Virus genome (UHGV): UHGV-0320987
From: a virus
Reading direction: 5' to 3' (one strand)
Length of the DNA stretch: 29,459 nucleotides
Numbering within the stretch: position 1 is the stretch's first letter; each line of letters starts with the position of its first letter. Below, piece by piece: positions 25,853-29,459 of the stretch. The translations under genes and the position numbers were made by a program. Below the pieces are notes generated by a model that worked only from the letters and a program-made list of their open reading frames with translations, did not search any database and had not been told where the DNA came from.

Positions 25853-26701
25853 ATGAAAAACTTTAAGGTAATTAGTATGTTCGAATCGTTCAAAGAGCTG
25901 TTTTTATCTACTGCCAACACTGCCGTGCATCGAGCTAAAAACCCTGTGCTTGGTGCTTTTGTTATGTCCTGGTGCGCCTTCAACTGGAAATCACTTCTTT
26001 ATCTATTTTTTAGCAAATCAAATATAATAGATAAAATTTCATATATCTCAGATAACAGCACATGGAAAACTGTTATGTTTTATCCATGCTTATCTGTAAT
26101 TACTATCTGCTGCCTATTACCATGGGTAAACAATATCATTAACGTATGGCAAGCAAAGCCTCTTGATAATAATGACTCAATCGAAAATCACCGGAAGGCA
26201 AGAAAAATACAACGTGAAACACGGCTACAGAGATTGCTGGCTAAAAAAGACATTACTTACGAAAAAGTAAAAACAGGCGCTGAAAAAAACATTCAAGATA
26301 TGAAAGAGGAAATAATTCTTTCAAAAGACAGAATGGGACAACTCACATCTGAATTGAAAGAGAGGGAGACAGAACTGCGCGCAGCACAAGCTCGTATTTT
26401 AGAATTATCTAAGGTTATTGATGAAACAACATCTAAACTAGAAAATCTAGAAAAAGCTCACAAACAATTAAAAGACGAATATAAGTCTTATAAAGAAAGT
26501 ATTCATTTGACAACAAACAACTCAATTGCAAATAGACTTGCTGATCCAAAGATAGTACAAATGATTAACGAGTCTGCAAAAAATTTAGGCATTGCTAAAA
26601 TTAACAACCCAGAAATCAGTACATTATTGAATAATCCACTAGCAAATATAAATGGCGGTTTAAATCCCGCCAATCAAAGAAAATCAAAATCACAAAAGTA
26701 A
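25853..26701 (+). CDS. Membrane-anchored coiled-coil protein of unknown function (cargo gene between terminase and portal)
   Basis: 282 aa from ATG 25853 (the ORF-track start at 25688 would run through two terminators); two hydrophobic segments near the N-terminus, then a long heptad-like K/E/L-rich coiled coil and an N/P-rich tail; markedly AT-rich; opposite strand to all flanking phage genes; uses AGA/AGG Arg codons. Confidence 0.7.
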   Translation: MKNFKVISMFESFKELFLSTANTAVHRAKNPVLGAFVMSWCAFNWKSLLYLFFSKSNIIDKISYISDNSTWKTVMFYPCLSVITICCLLPWVNNIINVWQAKPLDNNDSIENHRKARKIQRETRLQRLLAKKDITYEKVKTGAEKNIQDMKEEIILSKDRMGQLTSELKERETELRAAQARILELSKVIDETTSKLENLEKAHKQLKDEYKSYKESIHLTTNNSIANRLADPKIVQMINESAKNLGIAKINNPEISTLLNNPLANINGGLNPANQRKSKSQK

Positions 26702-26704
26702 AAA

Positions 26705-28180
26705 TCATTCAAATGGGTCATAATCCGTTATGGCCCTTCCCTGCTGGCTTTGCTGTCCTGGTATATTTATGCGTTTCGAGACCGGGAAAGCAAACGTCAG
26801 CAGTAGCGCATCGCCTTTACCAGGAGAACGCCCAAGCCGCTCCTTGATATCTTCCTTCGGTTCGATAACGATTTTACCGTCCACTCGAACTTTGTACTCT
26901 GCCGCCGACAGGTCGTCCGCTGTTTCCTGGTCATCAAGCATGCCGCCCAGCCTCAGCCACGTCTTGCATGAGTTGAACATCTCCCCGCGCTTATTGAGCA
27001 TCTGCGGGTCAGTAGACGCGCCACCGAACGGAACAAGTTGCCATGTACGACCCCAGCCGTCACCGATTGACTTCAGACCAGTTCCGTAACCGAAGTCGAT
27101 GAACACTGCGTCAGCCTGGTACTGGTCTTCAAAGTCAGCGATACGCTTCGCCATAATCAGATCGTCAGTGGTCTTGTTGCCAGTCCATAGCACCTTACTG
27201 TGCAGCCCCTGCCGCAGGTATATCACAGCGTCATCAACGCCGGAGTACGCCGGGTCAACGCCGATTATCACCGGAGCATGTGCAACCTGCGCAGCGGTTA
27301 CCACCCGTTTCATTGCCTCGTCAGTAAGACCGGTAGGGATAAACTGCAATTCAGATGCATCAGGGAATATGCCGCGCACACGGATTTTAACGAAGTCGCT
27401 GTCTTCCCCGTAGTCATCAACCCATTTCTGCAACTGCTGTTTGTTAGTGCCTTCCACCGTCCGGCTGTCAATCTGCGCACACTTCCAGCGGTGTTTGTAC
27501 TTGCGGAAACATTCACGGAAACGCCCGGTGTTACGCGTCGGGTTCCCGAACGCCACCCAGATGATTTCGGTGTCTTCGTCCGTCAGCGCACCCTCTGCTA
27601 CCTCCCACACCAGATCGGCAATGTTCGACGCTTCATCGAATACCACGATGATGCGTTTGCGCTCGTTGTGTAGTCCGGCGAATGCCTCAGTGTTGTGCTC
27701 AGACCAGGGTATTGCGTCAGCCCGCCACCGCTTGTCGTGCCCTGGGTCATTGCTGTACATCGCGGTAGCGGTACAGGTAAACCAGTCTTTCGTGATAGCA
27801 AGGTTCGACCACTTGATAATTTCCGGCCAGGTCTTCGTTCGTAGCTGGTTGTCGGTGTTGGCGGTCACCACGACCTTACAATCCTCGCAAGTGGACATGC
27901 CCCAGTTGATCAGCATTGAGATGAATGCGGATTTACCAATACCGTGACCCGAAGCACGTGCCAGCATAAGCGGCTGATAGCGCGTCTCTGGATTCTGCAG
28001 GTGATCACGTATCTCTCGGAACGCATCAGCCTGCCACTGACGTGGGCCGGTAGCATGTGCCAGTTCAGTCCCCTCTTCCCCCCACGGGAACGCATAGAGG
28101 GCATAGCCAAGCGGATCGTGAGTGAACCCTGCAATATCCTCGATCAACTGCTCTTCAGGAGATAACGCTGTATCTGTCAC
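26705..28180 (-). CDS. Terminase large subunit
   Basis: 491 aa; Walker A-like ARASGHGIGKS near the N-terminus, acidic nuclease-type C-terminal half; ATGA overlap with the small subunit gene. Confidence 0.85.
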   Translation of the reverse strand: MTDTALSPEEQLIEDIAGFTHDPLGYALYAFPWGEEGTELAHATGPRQWQADAFREIRDHLQNPETRYQPLMLARASGHGIGKSAFISMLINWGMSTCEDCKVVVTANTDNQLRTKTWPEIIKWSNLAITKDWFTCTATAMYSNDPGHDKRWRADAIPWSEHNTEAFAGLHNERKRIIVVFDEASNIADLVWEVAEGALTDEDTEIIWVAFGNPTRNTGRFRECFRKYKHRWKCAQIDSRTVEGTNKQQLQKWVDDYGEDSDFVKIRVRGIFPDASELQFIPTGLTDEAMKRVVTAAQVAHAPVIIGVDPAYSGVDDAVIYLRQGLHSKVLWTGNKTTDDLIMAKRIADFEDQYQADAVFIDFGYGTGLKSIGDGWGRTWQLVPFGGASTDPQMLNKRGEMFNSCKTWLRLGGMLDDQETADDLSAAEYKVRVDGKIVIEPKEDIKERLGRSPGKGDALLLTFAFPVSKRINIPGQQSQQGRAITDYDPFE

Positions 28181-28773
28181 TGATTACCATCCTGACGTTC
28201 TTTGAGTCGCTTCCTGGCTGCTGCTATGCGATCAGCAATTGTCACATTCACATTAACATCCAGACGTTCTTTGAACGCGTTGACATCAACATGCTTACCA
28301 ATCAGCTCAAGGTTCTTCACCTTGTCAGGCCATTTAATTTTTTTGAGGATTGTCTCTATCGAATCCTCGTTCATGTTCATGATGGTCGATGACAGATCAA
28401 AGCCACTAAGCGTAGTGCGCCAGATTTTCGGCCACTCACGGATTGGTTTAAGGCTCCCATCGTCGTTGAGGATGTCGATCACGTCCATCTGGTCGATCTC
28501 CACCAGGCGCATGAGAACGTAATCAGCACTGACGCGCATTCGTTTGTTGCGCTCCTCCATCAACTCGGCAATCCGTTTTTGAATGCGTTCATCGCGCATC
28601 ATGACACTGGCTTTAACTGCCGCTGTATTTGGGGAGAATCCTGCGTTAATCGCTGCCTGAGTCTGGTTTTCAGGCGTTTTGATGTATGACTGGCAATAAG
28701 CCTCCTGCATTGCTGTTAGTGGCTTAAATTGCGTTGATTTGCGTTTATAGGTTTTAGGTTCAGCAGGCATCAT
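28177..28773 (-). CDS. Terminase small subunit
   Basis: About 198 aa from ATG 28773 (MMPAEPKTYKRK...); immediately upstream of and overlapping the large subunit gene. The ORF-track start (TTG at 28851) would translate through the operator palindrome. Confidence 0.65.
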   Translation of the reverse strand: MMPAEPKTYKRKSTQFKPLTAMQEAYCQSYIKTPENQTQAAINAGFSPNTAAVKASVMMRDERIQKRIAELMEERNKRMRVSADYVLMRLVEIDQMDVIDILNDDGSLKPIREWPKIWRTTLSGFDLSSTIMNMNEDSIETILKKIKWPDKVKNLELIGKHVDVNAFKERLDVNVNVTIADRIAAARKRLKERQDGNQ

Positions 28774-28790
28774 AACCACCGTGGTAATAG

Positions 28791-28805
28791 TTACCGTTGT
28801 GGTAA
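28791..28805. promoter_or_regulatory. Operator-like palindrome TTACCGTTGTGGTAA (copy 7) upstream of the terminase operon
   Basis: Perfect TTACC-N5-GGTAA 18 bp upstream of the small terminase ATG, flanked by a near-half-site (TAACCACCGTGGTAA, 28773-28787). Confidence 0.55.
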
Positions 28806-28891
28806 TAGTACCATGCAAAATAAAGCCGCCATAGTTGGCGGCAGTATTCAAAACCCATCAAATTCATCATGCATAATCTACTCGTGACATG

Positions 28892-29233
28892 TCACACTAT
28901 TAATTTCGTTTCATGCCAGCCTTTAGTCACCCAGCATTGCGAGTCACCATTACACGGGCATGAATTAACTGGAACTCTCTCGCCGCACTTACCGCAACAT
29001 TTTCTGCTGATCGATTTTATACGCCCGCGCACGCGTGCATCATCCTGGCGGATCAGTAACGCTATATACTCACCAAATTCGTAAGGCGCACGCCCGGGGC
29101 GACGCGTGGCACAGTTACGCTCCAGCATTTCAATTTCCTGAGCATCAAGCACAATTTCCAGCTTACGCACACCAGATGCAGCTTGTCTGGCTCTCTGAGC
29201 GGCTTTGCGCTCTGCTGCTGATTTAGCCATCAA
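28892..29233 (-). CDS. Small basic Cys-rich protein (possible zinc-binding regulator) preceding the terminase operon
   Basis: 113 aa; basic helical N-terminus (AERKAAQRARQAASGVRK) and C-terminal cluster CCGKCGERVPVNSCPCNGDSQC; 11-nt overlap with the upstream gene. Confidence 0.5.
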   Translation of the reverse strand: MMAKSAAERKAAQRARQAASGVRKLEIVLDAQEIEMLERNCATRRPGRAPYEFGEYIALLIRQDDARVRGRIKSISRKCCGKCGERVPVNSCPCNGDSQCWVTKGWHETKLIV

Positions 29234-29459
29234 TATTCACCTTTATCGCGAACACCTTTACCGGTTTATCGCCGAAGTGCGGATGTGTGATTGTCTTGAT
29301 TTCATATCCGTCATACGGAACATCAATTCTACGGCTGGAATCGTCGCGCTTCGGATATCCCTTTGTGATAATCAGGCGGTCATACTCCCGGAACATAATT
29401 CGCTTATTCCAGTAGTCATTACACAAGCGATACTCTTCCGTTTTCTCTCCGCGAATCAT
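29223..29459 (-). CDS. ASCH-domain-like protein, probably 5'-truncated by the window edge
   Basis: Contains the ASCH signature G.KT.E.R (GEKTEEYR) at residues 4-11, which normally lies 15-20 aa into the domain; the ORF reaches the last base of the window. Confidence 0.45.
   Translation of the reverse strand: MIRGEKTEEYRLCNDYWNKRIMFREYDRLIITKGYPKRDDSSRRIDVPYDGYEIKTITHPHFGDKPVKVFAIKVNIDG

Larger units (their letters stand above)
639..29459 (-). mobile_element. Late/morphogenesis segment of a temperate podovirus-type prophage; neither end of the element is demonstrably inside the window
   Basis: Contiguous minus-strand run of terminase, portal, scaffold, capsid, adaptor/nozzle, internal core proteins, tailspike and lysis genes with ATGA/TGATG-type start-stop overlaps; T7-like gene order. 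Confidence 0.85.

Noticed and set aside
28774-28851. N-terminal extension of the small terminase ORF (TTG start, residues TITTTVTITTVV)
   Set aside because: The odd peptide is the translation of the operator palindrome region (GGTAATAG TTACCGTTGTGGTAATAG); the real start is ATG 28773.
28884-28895. 12-bp perfect palindrome GTGACATGTCAC
   Set aside because: A single 12-bp palindrome is expected several times by chance in 29 kb and it is not repeated elsewhere.
1-29459. CRISPR arrays, rRNA genes, integrase/recombinase, transposase or IS elements
   Set aside because: Looked for regularly spaced direct repeats, rRNA-like segments and recombinase motifs; none seen. The only repeat family is the operator palindrome.

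Overview
The window is almost entirely the late region (packaging, head, tail, lysis) of a temperate tailed phage, most likely a prophage in an enterobacterial-type genome, read mainly on the minus strand. In order it carries small and large terminase (28773-26705), portal (24902-23223), scaffold, major capsid, small head proteins, a T7-like adaptor and nozzle, four internal-core/ejection proteins, a tailspike (5464-3149) and a holin / GH19 endolysin / Rz-Rz1 lysis cassette (2608-796). Gene order is that of a T7-like podovirus, and the endolysin and tailspike N-terminus resemble the epsilon15/SPN1S group (recalled from memory, not searched). Two cargo insertions interrupt the late genes and are the best candidates for an undescribed system. 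The first lies between terminase and portal: a phage tRNA-Arg(UCU), two intrinsic terminators and an AT-rich plus-strand gene for a membrane-anchored coiled-coil protein. The second lies between the ejection proteins and the tailspike, the position of immI in P22: a full antirepressor, a free-standing Ant C-terminal-domain paralogue behind a near-consensus LexA box, a membrane-anchored double zinc-ribbon protein, an orphan 211-aa protein, a tiny secreted Cys/Gly-rich peptide and a secreted 283-aa protein. A 15-bp palindrome TTACC-N5-GGTAA recurs at six perfect and two degenerate intergenic sites in front of most transcription units. No integrase, repressor, replication gene, CRISPR array or rRNA is present. 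All functional calls come from reading the sequence and recalled family features; no database search or computation was possible.
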